This document shows positions 1 to 12,254 of a DNA stretch of 64,000 nt, in pieces. The notes beneath the pieces were generated by a model, which searched no databases, was not told the origin of the DNA, and was given only the letters and a program-made list of their open reading frames with translations. Position 1 is the first letter of the stretch; each line of letters opens with the position of its first letter. Position numbers and translations under genes: made by a program. Source of the DNA: Octopus sinensis. Lineage: Eukaryota. The DNA is taken from assembly GCF_006345805.1 (NCBI RefSeq), contig NC_043001.1:119660001-119724000 (forward strand), given 5' to 3'.

Positions 1-3000
1 ACGCTACAGGTAGCAAGCCCTCTCTGCATCCAAGGCTCCAGGTATGCTACAGGTAGCAAGTCCACTATGCATACAAGACTCCAGGTATGCTACAGGTAGC
101 AAGCCCACTCTGCATCCAAGGCTCCAGGTACGCTACAGGTAGCAAGCCCACTATGCATACAAGACTCCAGGTATGCTACAGGTAGCAAGCCCACTATGCA
201 TACAAGCCTCCAGGTACGCTACAGGTAGCAAGTCCACTATGCATACAAGACTCCGGGTACGCTACAGGTAGCAAGCCCACTATGCATCCAAGACTCCAGG
301 TACGCTACAGGTAGCAAGCCCACTATGCATACAAGACTCCGGGTACGCTACAGGTAGCAAGCCCACTATGCATCCAAGGCTCCAGGTATGCTACAGGTAG
401 CAAGCCCACTATGCATCCAAGGCTCCAGGTATGCTACAGGTAGCAAACCCACTATGCATACAAGACTCCAGGTATGCTACAGGTAGCAAGCCCACTATGC
501 ATCCAAGACTCCAGGTACGCTACAGGTAGCAAGCCCACTATGCATTCAAGGCTCCAGGTACGCTACAGGTAGCAAGCCCACTATGCATCCAAGGCTCCAG
601 GTATGCTACAGGTCGCAAGCCCACTATGCATACAAGACTCCAGGTACGCTACAGGTAGCAAGCCCACTATGCATCCAAGGCTCCAGGTACGCTACAGGTA
701 GCAAGCCCACTATGCATACAAGACTCCAGGTATGCTACAGGTAGCAAGCCCACTATGCATACAAGCCTCCAGGTACGCTACAGGTAGCAAGTCCACTATG
801 CATACAAGACTCCAGGTACGCTACAGGTAGCAAGCCCACTATGCATCCAAGACTCCAGGTATGCTACAGGTAGCAAGACTCTATGTACGCTACAGGTAGC
901 AAGCCCACTATGCATACAAGCCTCCAGGTACGTTACAGGTAGCAAACCCACTATGCATACAAGACTCCAGGTATGCTACAGGTAGCAAGTCCACTATGCA
1001 TACAAGACTCCAGGTATGCTACAGGTAGCAAGTCCACTATGCATACAAGACTCCAGGTACGCTACAGGTAGCAAGCCCACTATGCATACAAGGCTCCAGG
1101 TACGCTACAGGTAGCAAGCCCACTATGCATCCAAGGCTCCAGGTATGCTACAGGTAGCAAGCCCACTATGCATACAAGACTCCAGGTACGCTACAGGTAG
1201 CAAGCCCACTATGCATCCAAGGCTCCAGGTACGCTACAGGTAGCAAGCCCACTATGCATCCAAGGCTCCAGGTACGCTACAGGTAGCAAGCCCACTATGC
1301 ATACAAGACTCTATATACGCTACAGGTAGCAAGCCCTCTCTGCATCCAAGGCTCCAGGTATGCTACAGGTAGCAAGCCCACTATGCATACAAGCCTCCAG
1401 GTACGCTACAGGTAGCAAGTCCACTATGCATACAAGACTCCAGGTACGCTACAGGTAGCCAGCCCACTATGCATACAAGACTCTATGTACGCTACAGGTA
1501 GCAAGCCCTCTCTGCATCCAAGGCTCCAGGTATGCTACAGGTAGCAAGTCCACTATGCATACAAGACTCCAGGTATGCTACAGGTAGCAAGCCCACTCTG
1601 CATCCAAGGCTCCAGGTACGCTACAGGTAGCAAGCCCACTATGCATACAAGACTCCAGGTATGCTACAGGTAGCAAGCCCACTATGCATCCAAGGCTCCA
1701 GGTATGCTACAGGTAGCAAGCCCACTATGCATACAAGCCTCCAGGTACGCTACAGGTAGCAAGTCCACTATGCATACAAGACTCCAGGTACGCTACAGGT
1801 AGCCAGCCCACTATGCATACAAGACTCTATGTACGCTACAGGTAGCAAGACTCTATGTACGCTACAGGTAGCAAGCCCTCTCTGCATCCAAGGCTCCAGG
1901 TATGCTACAGGTAGCAAGTCCACTATGCATACAAGACTCCAGGTATGCTACAGGTAGCAAGCCCACTCTGCATCCAAGGCTCCAGGTACGCTACAGGTAG
2001 CAAGCCCACTATGCATACAAGACTCCCTGTATGCTACAGGTAGCAAGCCCACTATGCATACAAGCCTCCAGGTACGCTACAGGTAGCAAGTCCACTATGC
2101 ATACAAGCCTCCAGGTACGCTACAGGTAGCAAGTCCACTATGCATACAAGACTCCAGGTACGCTACAGGTAGCAAGCCCACTATGCATCCAAGACTCCAG
2201 GTATGCTACAGGTAGCAAGCCCACTATGCATACAAGCCTCCAGGTACGTTACAGGTAGCAAGTCCACTATGCATACAAGACTCCAGGTATGCTACAGGTA
2301 GCAAGTCCACTATGCATACAAGACTCCAGGTATGCTACAGGTAGCAAGCCATTATGCATACAAGACTCCATGTATGCTACAGGTAGCAAGTCTACTATGC
2401 ATCCAAGGCTCCAGGTACGCTACAGGTAGCAAGCCCACTATGCATACAAGACTCCAGGTATGCTACATGTAGCAAGTCTACTATGCATCCAAGGCTCCAG
2501 GTACGCTACAGGTAGCAAGCCCACTATGCATACAAGACTCCAGGTACGCTACAGGTAGCAAGCCCACTACGCATCCAAGGCTCCAGGTACGCTACAAGTA
2601 GCAAGCCCACTATGCATACAAGACTCCAGGTATGCTACAGGTAGCAAGCCCACTATGCATACAAGACTCCAGGTATGCTACAGGTAGCAAGTCCACTATG
2701 CATACAAGACTCCAGGTATGATACAGGTAGCAAGCCCACTCTGCATCCAAGGCTCCAGGTACGCTACAGGTAGCAAGCCCACTATGCATCCAAGGCTCCA
2801 GGTACGCTACAGGTAGCAAGCCCACTATGCATACAAGACTGCAGATATGCTACAGGTAGCAAGTCCACTATGCATACAAGACTCCAGGTATGCTACAGGT
2901 AGCAAGCCCACTATGCATACAAGACTCCAGATATGCTACAGGTAGCAAGTCCACTATGCATACAAGACTCCAGGTATGCTACAGGTAGCAAGCCCACTCT

Positions 3001-3534
3001 GCATCCAAGGCTCCAGGTACGCTACAGGTAGCAAGCCCACCATGCATCCAAGGCTCCAGGTACGCTACAGGTAGCAAGCCCACTATGCATACAAGACTCC
3101 AGGTACGCTACAGGTAGCAAGCCCACTATGCATCCAAGGCTCCAGGTACGCTACAGGTAGCAAGCCCACTATGCATCCAAGGCTCCAGGTACGCTACAGG
3201 TAGCAAGCCCACTATGCATACAAGACTCCAGGTATGCTACAGGTAGCAAGCCCACTATGCATACAAGACTCCAGATATGCTACAGGTAGCAAGCCCACTA
3301 TGCATACAAGACTCCAGGTACGCTACAGGTAGCAAGCCCACTATGCATCCAAGGCTCCAGGTACGCTACAGGTAGCAAGCCTACTATGCATCCAAGGCTC
3401 CAGGTACGCTACAGGTAGCAAGCCCACTATGCATACAAGACTCCAGGTATGCTACAGGTAGCAAGTCTACTATGCATCCAAGGCTCCAGGTACGCTACAG
3501 GTAGCAAGCCCACTATGCATACAAGACTCCAGGT
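1..3534. repeat. 43-bp tandem repeat array (mini/satellite), about 82 units, truncated by the window start
   Basis: Consensus GGTA(C/T)GCTACAGGTAGCAAG(C/T)CCACTATGCAT(A/C)CAAG(A/G)CTCCA. The period is seen directly (A of ACGCTAC at 1, ATGCTAC at 44). Two 26-bp deletion units occur near 860-886 and 1833-1858. The array ends abruptly at ...ACTCCAGGT|GTTCC. Confidence 0.97.
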
Positions 3535-4217
3535 GTTCCAATGAAACCTGAGTTAAAATGAATCATAATAATGATAACAGCAATAATAATAAGCGATGCA
3601 GCCACTATTGCAGCTATATTTCTCTAGTGAATATGACTTGATAGTATGTACCATACAATCATTAACTGATTTTAGATACCCACATAAGTGTCATCAGATA
3701 CAGACACCCACTGGGACCTCGCATCCGTGATGTAGTAAAACCTCAAAGATATGATAGCTGCAGTGAAGAGATGCTTTACTAGCACTTTGATTAGTACATT
3801 TTTATGAAATCTGAAAAGATGAAAAGCAATGTGGACCATAGTAGAGTTTGAACTCAGAGAAAAGAACTGGAACAAATATCATAATCCATTCTATCCGACA
3901 CTCTAATGTCTATTCCAATTGGACACCTGCCCCCATGTACACACACATGCATGCATTCATATACATGACAGTCTCTGCTAGTCAATGTTGACCATGCATC
4001 CGTACATATATGCAAAGGCTGGACAAGATTTATACTTGTGGAAAACTGTCAGTTGCTTATGCATGTAAATCTTACCTCTCGATGCTATAGAGGATGACTC
4101 AGCCTAGCACCAGTGTTGTCACAGACATTGCTGTCAGAATGCAAAAAGCCAGAACAGATGCTACAAAGCAACTTATCTGACTTGCCAACAGTTTTAACGG
4201 TCTATTTCTTGGGGTTG

Positions 4218-4345
4218 GTATGCTATTATTATTTATCCTGAAAGGTTGAAAAGCAAAGCTGACCTGAGTGAGATTTGAACCCAGAGCATGGGAAACAGAA
4301 ACATACTGCAAGGCCTCTTATCCAACACTCCAACACTCTAAAAGC
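4218..4345 (-). mobile_element. Decayed tRNA-derived SINE fragment (family A, my label)
   Basis: Similar to the better-preserved copy at 30459-30677 (GAAAGG..GAAA.GCAAAG..GACCT.....GA.ATTTGAAC.CAGA). Confidence 0.6.
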
Positions 4346-4469
4346 TTTTCCAGTTTGCCACTTTACACACACACACACACACACACACATATTTTCTTGC
4401 ATGTATATAATCTATACAAATAATATATCCATCCATCCCTTACATATGTAACATGCATCTCACTCTCCT

Positions 4470-4570
<101 letters not shown>

Positions 4571-4689
4571 ATATAATATAATATAATATATATAATATAT
4601 ATATATATATTATATATATCAGCAGTAAAATATTCAAAAGTGAACATTTATAAGATATTAATATTTCTGTTATTATCGAAGGCAATATA

Positions 4690-5045
4690 AATAGTTGATA
4701 TTAACAGAAACATTACAGGTGGTTGCAGGCCTAAAAATAGCATTATATAGCTAAAGAATTAAAATTATATTAATCATAAGGACACATTACAGTGTCTACC
4801 CACTCGAAATAAGAGTCAAAACTCTTATTTGAACCACCAGTGATCCATAGATATATATATATAGATCGCTAGCCACTACACATTCTCTATTTTCTCTCCT
4901 TGTTTTTTCCCTGTTCCTTTCTGTGGAAGAGAGTACGCTTGAAATGTTAAAGACTTTTTCACTTTCTGAGCATTATACTAACACATCAGTTTGTTGTCTA
5001 CACCACCTGTCTTCGTCTTTTGTTTTTTTTTTGTGAATTCTCCCT
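4690..5045. repeat. Interspersed repeat, possibly Penelope pseudo-LTR derived
   Basis: Contains a hairpin AAATAAGAG-tcaaaa-CTCTTATTT (4807-4830) and a decayed GAAGAGnGTAnGCTyGAAAyGTT motif (~4926-4949) like Penelope termini. The family assignment is recall only. Confidence 0.3.
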
Positions 5046-5274
5046 ATATATTTATATATATATATATTTATACACACAAACACACACATACATGCATATA
5101 CACACATACACACCGAAGTCCTTTCAAACATTTACCGCCTGAACTTGCAACATTCACCTACACATGCATATATATATTGGCAATCAGACATGCATACAAA
5201 CCAAATTCTGCTTCAAAATGGATTTCGCTAGATTTCAGGGATATCCTGAGAAATGCTGAACGGATGACATTACT

Positions 5275-6937
5275 CTTAGATAAACTTAGATAAACTTAGA
5301 TATGTTTCGACCAACGATTGGTCCAGGCCATGTCTAACTTAATAGCACCACCTGATAGGATTATTCGAATCCTGTTTAAGTCAAGTTTTGTTTAAGTCAA
5401 GTTTTGTTCAAGTAGTGAGTTCTTGTTGGGTGAGTTGTATCCAATTATGGGTGGCTTATCTGGTATTCTTTGAAGGAATCTATCCAGACTCTGTTTAAAG
5501 TTGATGGGATCCTTTTCCTCTTTGATCTCCCTCGGGACAATGTTAAATAGGACAGGGCCTGTTGAGGAAAAGAAATTATGTTGCAGTGTACATGTATGTT
5601 GTGATCTTGAATTTGGCAGGGGACGTATAGCCCGTGGTCCAAGTCTTGGATGAACCTTGAAGCTAATGTTTAAGTCGTTTGGGCAAAGTTGGCGGTATAT
5701 TTTCCACATCGTACAAATGATGTACCGCTCACGGCGACGCTGGAGGGAGTAAAGTTTCAAGGCTTTAAGGCGATCCCAATAATCGAGAGCAGCCATGCCT
5801 TCAATTTGTTTAGTGAGAGCCCTCTGGGGTGACTCAATTCTGGAGATGTTTTGTCTTGTGTGAGGAGACCACAGTGGGCAGCAGTATTCAAGGTGTGGCC
5901 GTACAAAGGAGGAAAAAAGTGGTATGATGACACCTTGTTCTCTGGACCGGAAAGTTCTTAAGATCCAGGAACTCATCCTACGAGCTATATCGACCTTCTT
6001 GTTGATGTGTGCACTCCAACTGAGATCGTCATCAACAATTACACCCAGGTCTCTGATATTGTTAGAGGCTGTGAGGAAGAGAGTATGGTTGTTTTAGTGA
6101 GGAATTTCTTCCAAAATGCATCAGCTCAAATTTTCCCTCATTCAGTTGCATTTTGTTTCTGTCTGCCCATTGACACACAGCATATAGATCAGACTGGAGT
6201 TGAGTTCGGTCTGCTTCTTCATTGACGATTTGCTGGAGCTTAGTGTCATCAGCGAATATTTTCACTTTGCAGTAATGTACGACACTGGAAAGGTCGTTTA
6301 CGTAAATTATGAAGAGTAGCGGACCCAAAACAGTTCCCTGGGGAACACCGCTGGTGACTTTTGCTGGGTTTGAGTGGACTCCATCAACTACAACATGTTG
6401 TGTTCTATTCGCCAGGAAATACTTAATCCAGTGTAGAACTTTTCCACGGATTCCAACATTTGCCAATTTTGAGAGTAGGATGTTATGGTCTACCCTGTCG
6501 AACGCTTTACTGAAGTCAAGATATATGACGTCAGAGTTCGAACCTGTTCCCAAGGCTTTGAGTACATCTTCAATGTGGTGTAGGAGCTGTGTTAGACAGT
6601 CCCTGCCACAGCGAAAGCCATGCTGATTTGAATTTAGGAGTTTGTGGGTCTCCAGGAAGTCAGCTATCCTTGATCTTAACACTCTTTCAAACACTTTAAT
6701 GATGTGGGAGGTGAGTGAGATTGGGCGATAGTTGACTGCGAGGGATCTGTTTCCCTGTTTGAAAACCGGGATGACCGACTGGGATAGAAACTGTTTCGGT
6801 ATATAACCTGCGTCTAACGAATTTCTCCAGAGGTTGGTCAGAGGGACTGCAAGTTGATATCTACATTCCTTCAGGAGACTAGCGGGAAATCTATCAGGGC
6901 CTACAGCAGAGTAATGTTTGACCTCATTTATTGCTGC
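5275..6937 (-). mobile_element. CR1-clade LINE, 3' half of ORF2 (RT domain and C-terminus), 3'UTR and tandem-repeat tail
   Basis: ORF 6062-7000 has NYRPISLTS, QHGFR, YLDFSKAFDRVDH, GVPQGTVLGPLLF and FADDTK. ORF 5392-5976 has VRPHLEYC..WSP and LYSLQRRRER. A small frameshifting deletion near 6075 joins PYSLP to LTASNNIRDLGVIVDDDLSWSAH. The tail is (CTTAGATAAA)x~3 at 5275-5302. Confidence 0.95.
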
Positions 6938-7545
6938 TGAAACGAGCTTAATGTGAGTGTGTATCTGTCTTGTACTTTCGGGGTACAAGAAAGCAATCAC
7001 TCACTAGCCGTTGCTTTAATAATCCAGAATTCTACTAGTCAGAAACAACAAGACGCAGACGTAAAATATATATAACTACTTTATTCTCTTTCTTGGTAAC
7101 AATAACAATAAGTGTGTTATCTGATGTCCTTGGTTCTGGGCGCGCAAGGCTGAAGTTAATCGATTGTAATATTTACAATATTCAGCCCAAAAACAGAAAC
7201 GGATTCAAGATGGTGTCGAACAATGGAGACGATGTTGGTCTGCAACAATTTGGTTAAAGCCCTTTTTGGTAAGGACTGCTAGAAGCTAGTTCGAACGGAG
7301 AGAAAATATATCGCGACCGTTGCCTTCAATCGCTGGGTCCCAAGTCGCCGCTTGCTGCTGCTAGTGGTCAAACGTTCTACGACCCCCTTGCCTCGCTAAC
7401 TACCACGATAGGCAAGCGGGTCGTGCTTCCGGTGGTTCGCGCATGCGCGAGAGGGCCCTTCCTTTCTCTGCCTTGGTAAAGGCACCAACACGTGCGAAAT
7501 ACAAATGGACCGTGCGCGAGCGCGCGCCGTTGTAGGATCACTACA
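6938..7545 (-). repeat. 3' LTR (608 bp)
   Basis: Direct repeat of 9435-10048. On the minus strand it runs TGTAGTGATCC...GTTTCA, with AATAAA at 7080-7085. Confidence 0.95.
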
Positions 7546-7556
7546 GGCTCCCCTCC
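7546..7556 (-). promoter_or_regulatory. Polypurine tract
   Basis: Minus-strand GGAGGGGAGCC immediately precedes the TG of the 3' LTR. Confidence 0.85.
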
Positions 7557-8526
7557 AGTGCGTACGCACGAAAGGAAACTTATTGTAGTGACTGAAAAAC
7601 TCAAGGTGGACACCAGATAACCAAATAGCACACAATAATATAATGGCAAAATTTATAACATACACAAGAAATTTACTAAAGGAAAAAGAGAAAAAATACT
7701 CAATGAGCAAAATCAAGAGTGCATGCATGAAAGTGTATACGTCACAAAGTATAGAGCCTTCCGCTGAAGGGAGCGGAAGGAAAGCAAAACTCACAGTTAA
7801 TGAACCTAGGCGAAATTAAATCCAACTTCTCTAAAGGTGGTTGATCCTGCGAAATAGCAGTTAAATCAATTGCTGCAGGAGAGGAAATGGAATTGGCAGA
7901 AGCTCGCTAGTAACACAAAAGGCAAAAGTGCAAACATGCTGGTGTGATGCGCGACACAGATAATTTTCTGTTAATTACGTGACCAACAGTGGTCTAACAG
8001 GGAAAAATAATTACGCCTATAAATCGGCGCAGCGCATTTGAACATCCGACGTCTATGAGTCGGGAAAATAATTAGGCTAACGCAAACGTGTTGCAATATT
8101 CAAGGCAATACACGTGCGAAGCAAAAGGCGCATGAAATGCAAAAGGGCTTGCCAGACCGAGAAAGCAGCAATGAATATGCCAGTGGTTAAGCGATTATAT
8201 GCTTCGTTCGTATAGGAACAAAGGTATGACATGCTGGCGCGTCATAATGGACAAACAACCCTCTCTATGTATACGTGACCGACCTAGGGTCTATAGAAAT
8301 GAGGGGTGTCCACAAAAGGCAAATTTAGCATGGAAAAGAAACAAGCGAGAAAAGCATGTGTGACGTATGTATGTGAGAGAGAGCATTTATGTGTGTTTAC
8401 GTGTGTGCGACAGAAATACATACAAGGTGAATGCGAGCAAAATATAAAAACAGCGCATATAAAAAAATGTCTCTCGTGTGCTATTTCAGACAAGAGTTAA
8501 TTTACCAGTCTGTAATAGCCTGATGT

Positions 8527-8853
8527 GTGAGGGCGCGTGGCTTAGTGGTTAGGGCATTCGGCTCATGATCGTATGGTTGTGAGTTCGATTCCCGGCGACG
8601 CGTTGTGTCCTTGAGCAAGACACTTTATTTCACGTTGCTCCAGTCCACTCAGCTGGCAAAAATGAGTTGTACTTGTATTTCAAAGGGTCAGCCTTGTCAC
8701 TCTCTGTTTCACGCTGATTATCCCCGAGAACTACGTTAAGGGTACACGTGTCTGTGGAATGCTCAGCCATTTGCACGTTAATTTCACGAGCAAGCTGTTC
8801 CGTTGATCGTATCAGCTGGGACCCTCGTCGTCGTAACCGGCGGAGTCTTTTTG
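8527..8853 (+). mobile_element. Young tRNA-derived SINE (family B) inserted in the LTR element
   Basis: A-box TGGCTTAGTGG, B-box GTTCGATTC, then TGTGTCCTTGAGCAAGACACTT, ending GGAGTCTTTTT. Perfect 13-bp TSD AATAGCCTGATGT at 8514-8526 and 8854-8866. Confidence 0.92.
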
Positions 8854-9412
8854 AATAGCCTGATGTACAATGGCAGTTCGTTCTGTAACAGAAATGTTGA
8901 GATCACAAATGCAGATGCCGATTGAACACATATCGTGTCGCGGTTGTGGCTTCAATGCTGTGACAGGTTAACTGGAACAGAAGAAATCTCGTAGATAGTG
9001 CTGGTCTGTGAATTCTTGGTGTGCTAATGCACAAACGGCAAGTGGACCAAACTTCCGCGAGTTGCTATGTACATCTTGGTGGAGGTCGACGGTGTTGAAA
9101 GGCGACGTTGGTGGTGGAAGGCGACTGTAGTGGACTTGGGACAACATCGTTCTTAGTGATGATGGCGACGAAGATAGCGACGACGTGAAGTAGACAGACG
9201 ACGATGGTGAAGACGAAGGCAGAGATTTAGCATCGATGAATTGATGGCGTTCGTCATCATGGCTGTAGAATAAGAAAAGGGGCTCCTTCTACAACTGTTT
9301 GTGGTGGCCGGAAACAAATCGTCGAAAGATGAATGCGTAGAGTTAAATCGTGTTCCGACTTCGCAGAAAACTGAATTTTTTTGTTGATAAGTGATCTCTG
9401 GTTTTAGACCAG

Positions 9413-9433
9413 AATCACGTCGGGAGGTCACCA
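9413..9433 (-). promoter_or_regulatory. Primer-binding site, tRNA-Trp-like
   Basis: Minus strand reads TGGTGACCTCCCGACGTGATT, 1 nt after the 5' LTR. The plus strand AATCACGTCGGGAGGTCACCA matches the eukaryotic tRNA-Trp 3' end AATCACGTCGGGGTCACCA with 2 extra nt. Confidence 0.85.
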
Positions 9434-9434
9434 G

Positions 9435-10048
9435 TGAAACGAACTTATGTGTGAAGTGTGATATCTGATCTTGTACTTTCGGGGTACAAGAAAGCAATCA
9501 CTCACTAGCCGTTGCTTTAATAATCTAGAATTCTACTAGTCAGAAACAACAAGACGCAGACGTAAAATATATATATACTACTTTATTCTCTTTCTTGGTA
9601 ACAATAACAATAAGTGTGTTATCTGATGTCCTTGGTTCTGGGCGCGCAAGGCTGAAAGTTAATCGATTGTAATATTTACAATATTCAGCCCAAAAACAGA
9701 AACGGATTCAAGATGGCGTCGAACAATGGAGACGATGTTGGTCTGCAACAATTTGGTTAAAGCCCTTTTTGGTAAGGACTGCTAGAAGCTAGTTCGAACG
9801 GAGAGAAAATATATCGCGACCGTTGCCTTCAATCGCTGGGTCCCAAGTCGCCGCTTGCTGCTGCTAGTGGTCAAACGTTCTACGACCCCCTTGCCTCGCT
9901 AACTACCACGATAGGCAAGCGGATCGTGCTTCCGGTGGTTCGCGCATGCGCGAGAGGGCCCTTCCTTTCTCTGCCTTGGTAAAGGCACCAACACGTGCGA
10001 AATACAAATGGACCGTGCGCGAGCGCGCGCCGTTGTAGGATCACTACA
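9435..10048 (-). repeat. 5' LTR (614 bp)
   Basis: Direct repeat of 6938-7545. By eye there are 3 substitutions and 2 one-base indels over about 570 bp, plus a cluster of differences in the terminal ~40 bp. Confidence 0.95.
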
Positions 10049-11000
10049 CTGCTACGATGTCGGTGGCAGTGAAGGTTATGTCTGAGATTTTGTGTTGGGA
10101 GTCAACTTCCTTCGTTTCCCTCACGTCAATATCAGTGGGAACACTGAAGACAGAGCAGTATTGTTTCTGCAGTATTTCTGCCATTTCTTTAGCATCGTGT
10201 TGGGGAATGCCGTTATCATCAATCAATGGCCGAATGGGTGAGACAGTGGTTCTATGCTTATTTGCATAAGAATAGAACACTTTTGGGTTCTGTTTGATGT
10301 TTTTGATTACCCACTGTTCCTCCACAGCTCTTTGATTTTCAATGGAGGTTTTCATGTTGGTCTGCAGATGAAGTTTTTCCAGCTCTAGTCTTTTCATTGT
10401 TGTTGAATGTGGATGTTGTGTGTGGGAATATTTTAATTGGTTGATTTTTTTGTTGAGTCTTTTGATGCGCCTGATGAGTGTTTTTTTCTTTTTAGGGAGC
10501 CGGTTTCTGTTTGTGTTAGTAGATTTCGTGGGAGCGTGTTTAGAGCATGTATAGGTGACAATGTTTTCAAAGTGCTGCCACGCGGTCTCAATATGAGGGG
10601 AATTGAGAGTAAAAGACCAGTCGATGGAAGACAGATCCTTTCTGATTGTTCCCCAGTCCGCTTTGTGGAAGTTTATGTTGTCAAATGGGTGCCATGGAGT
10701 GGGATTGGCTGGTTTGGTTTTTATATGTCGGGAATTAAGATTGCAGAGTACCATGTCGTGGTCTGAGAGGAGAGTTTTTTCGACTGAAATGCTGTGAACG
10801 TAGCTAGAGTGATTGGTCAATACCAGATCCAAGATCGTTTTATTCTGTCTCGTTGATTCAAGCACTAGCTGAGTCAGGAAATACTCATCCATCAGACTAA
10901 AGAGCAGTTCTGCTGCTGCTCTATCTGATGTAGAGCACTTGCCTAACTTCAGAGTATGGAAACTCTGATCTGGAAGAAAGAGTGATCTGGAAACTCTGAT
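10049..11000 (-). mobile_element. CR1-clade LINE, 5' half of ORF2 (end of APE endonuclease and linker); 5'-truncated, boundary approximate
   Basis: ORF 10044-11072 has STRQNKTILDLVLTN, LLSDHDMV and IKQNPKVFYSY. It joins in frame to the RT half as ITFTATDIVA|AINEVKHYSAVGPD once the LTR element is removed. Confidence 0.92.
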
Positions 11001-12254
11001 CTGGAAACTCTCAGAACAAGCATTGGGCAGACAGAAGACCAGAAAGGGAATGGAAATGGTCAACATCACCAACTGAATGGTATCTAGCTATCATGCTCGA
11101 AAATATAGATGGACAATTTCACAATATCTATGGTTGATGTTTAGCCCCAGGTCATCCATGACTGAGCACATTCATGATCAAAGAGCTTCTTACCATGGCT
11201 ATTCTGCCTTATTTTTTAAGGGTTATGATGAACTACTGACCCTCACTTTAAAACTACAAAGTGCAGGCAGGAAGGAAAACCTTGCAATGTCAAGGATAAA
11301 ATCACATAGCCACTTTGGGTCTTGCCACTCTTCCTCATAATCTTCAGGCACAAAGAAACTGGCATAATCATACCCATTAAGCCCTTTCCTTTCCTAAAAT
11401 ATTTGGGTACAATTTAACTGCTATAAAAATAGTAAGTGAGGTGGATGGGGATCAGCTACGAAGCGGTTCTTGTTCTGGTGTAACTGGTTGATGCAGCCAC
11501 CAAAACATGACAGACTGTGCAAAAGTAGGTCAGCTCATACTTTATTGCAATAAAAGCACAGAAATAAAATCCTTGATATACACATATTAGCGTATATATT
11601 ATATAACATACATAAACACATTAGGTCTGTGTATGTAATACGTACACTATGTACATATGTTTGTGATCTATGCATGTCACACACACACACACACATCACA
11701 TCACATCACATACATATTCAAATATTATGGTCCACTCAGTCTGAACTTGAACTAGCAAACATGAAGAAAATATATATACATACAAAAGGGAGGAAGAGAA
11801 GTGATAAAGTATAGAGGGGATTTAGGGAGTTTAAACCAATTTATAAAAATCAAAATGACAAAATGTATGTCTCTAAAGAAAAGAAGTTCAATGAATAATA
11901 CAACCAAGTAATTTTTGAGATTGATATTTCAGGAAAATGCTTTTACATTTTCAAAAACTTTTAAAGATTTAGTAACTTACAATCATTTTCAAAATGCTTA
12001 CATTACTTTTTGATGTCTGATTCTATAGTATGTTTAGAATTAAATTTTATTTTCAATACACACACACACACATATACCACTATATGTATATGCTTAAAAG
12101 ACTTTGAAGGCAGTAAAATATTTCCAAAATTTTTAATATAATGATACTTTTTTTTACTTATTTAGTGGTTTCAGTCCTTGGCCCGCAGCCATGCTGGAGC
12201 ACCACCTTGAAGTTTTTGATGAAATTTATTAGGCTCACTACTATGATACTTGTG

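Larger units (their letters stand above)
6938..10048 (-). mobile_element. Complete non-autonomous LTR retrotransposon (Ty3/Gypsy-type signals), 3111 bp
   Basis: Two direct LTRs with TG...CA ends. TSD CTGC at 6934-6937 and 10049-10052. PBS at 9413-9433 and PPT at 7546-7556 both place it on the minus strand. No gag/pol ORF in the 1.9-kb interior. Confidence 0.93.

Noticed and set aside
1-3534. CRISPR array or repeat-protein gene (ORF 2610-2825)
   Set aside because: There are no unique spacers. The unit is 43 bp (not a multiple of 3) with TAG stops on both strands, and the context is eukaryotic.
6007-6626. Plus-strand ORFs 6007-6225 and 6309-6626, and 10057-10797
   Set aside because: These are antisense shadows of the CR1 ORF2.
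8531-8605. tRNA gene (also 12255, 16626, 30600, 56051, 59751)
   Set aside because: A and B boxes are present, but there is no full cloverleaf. Each continues into a repeated SINE body, one with a TSD.
9020-9075. RKFGPLAVC on the minus strand as a relic of the CsRn1 Gag CHCC knuckle
   Set aside because: Only a few residues match, the Cys/His spacing is absent and there is no other gag similarity. A profile search is needed.
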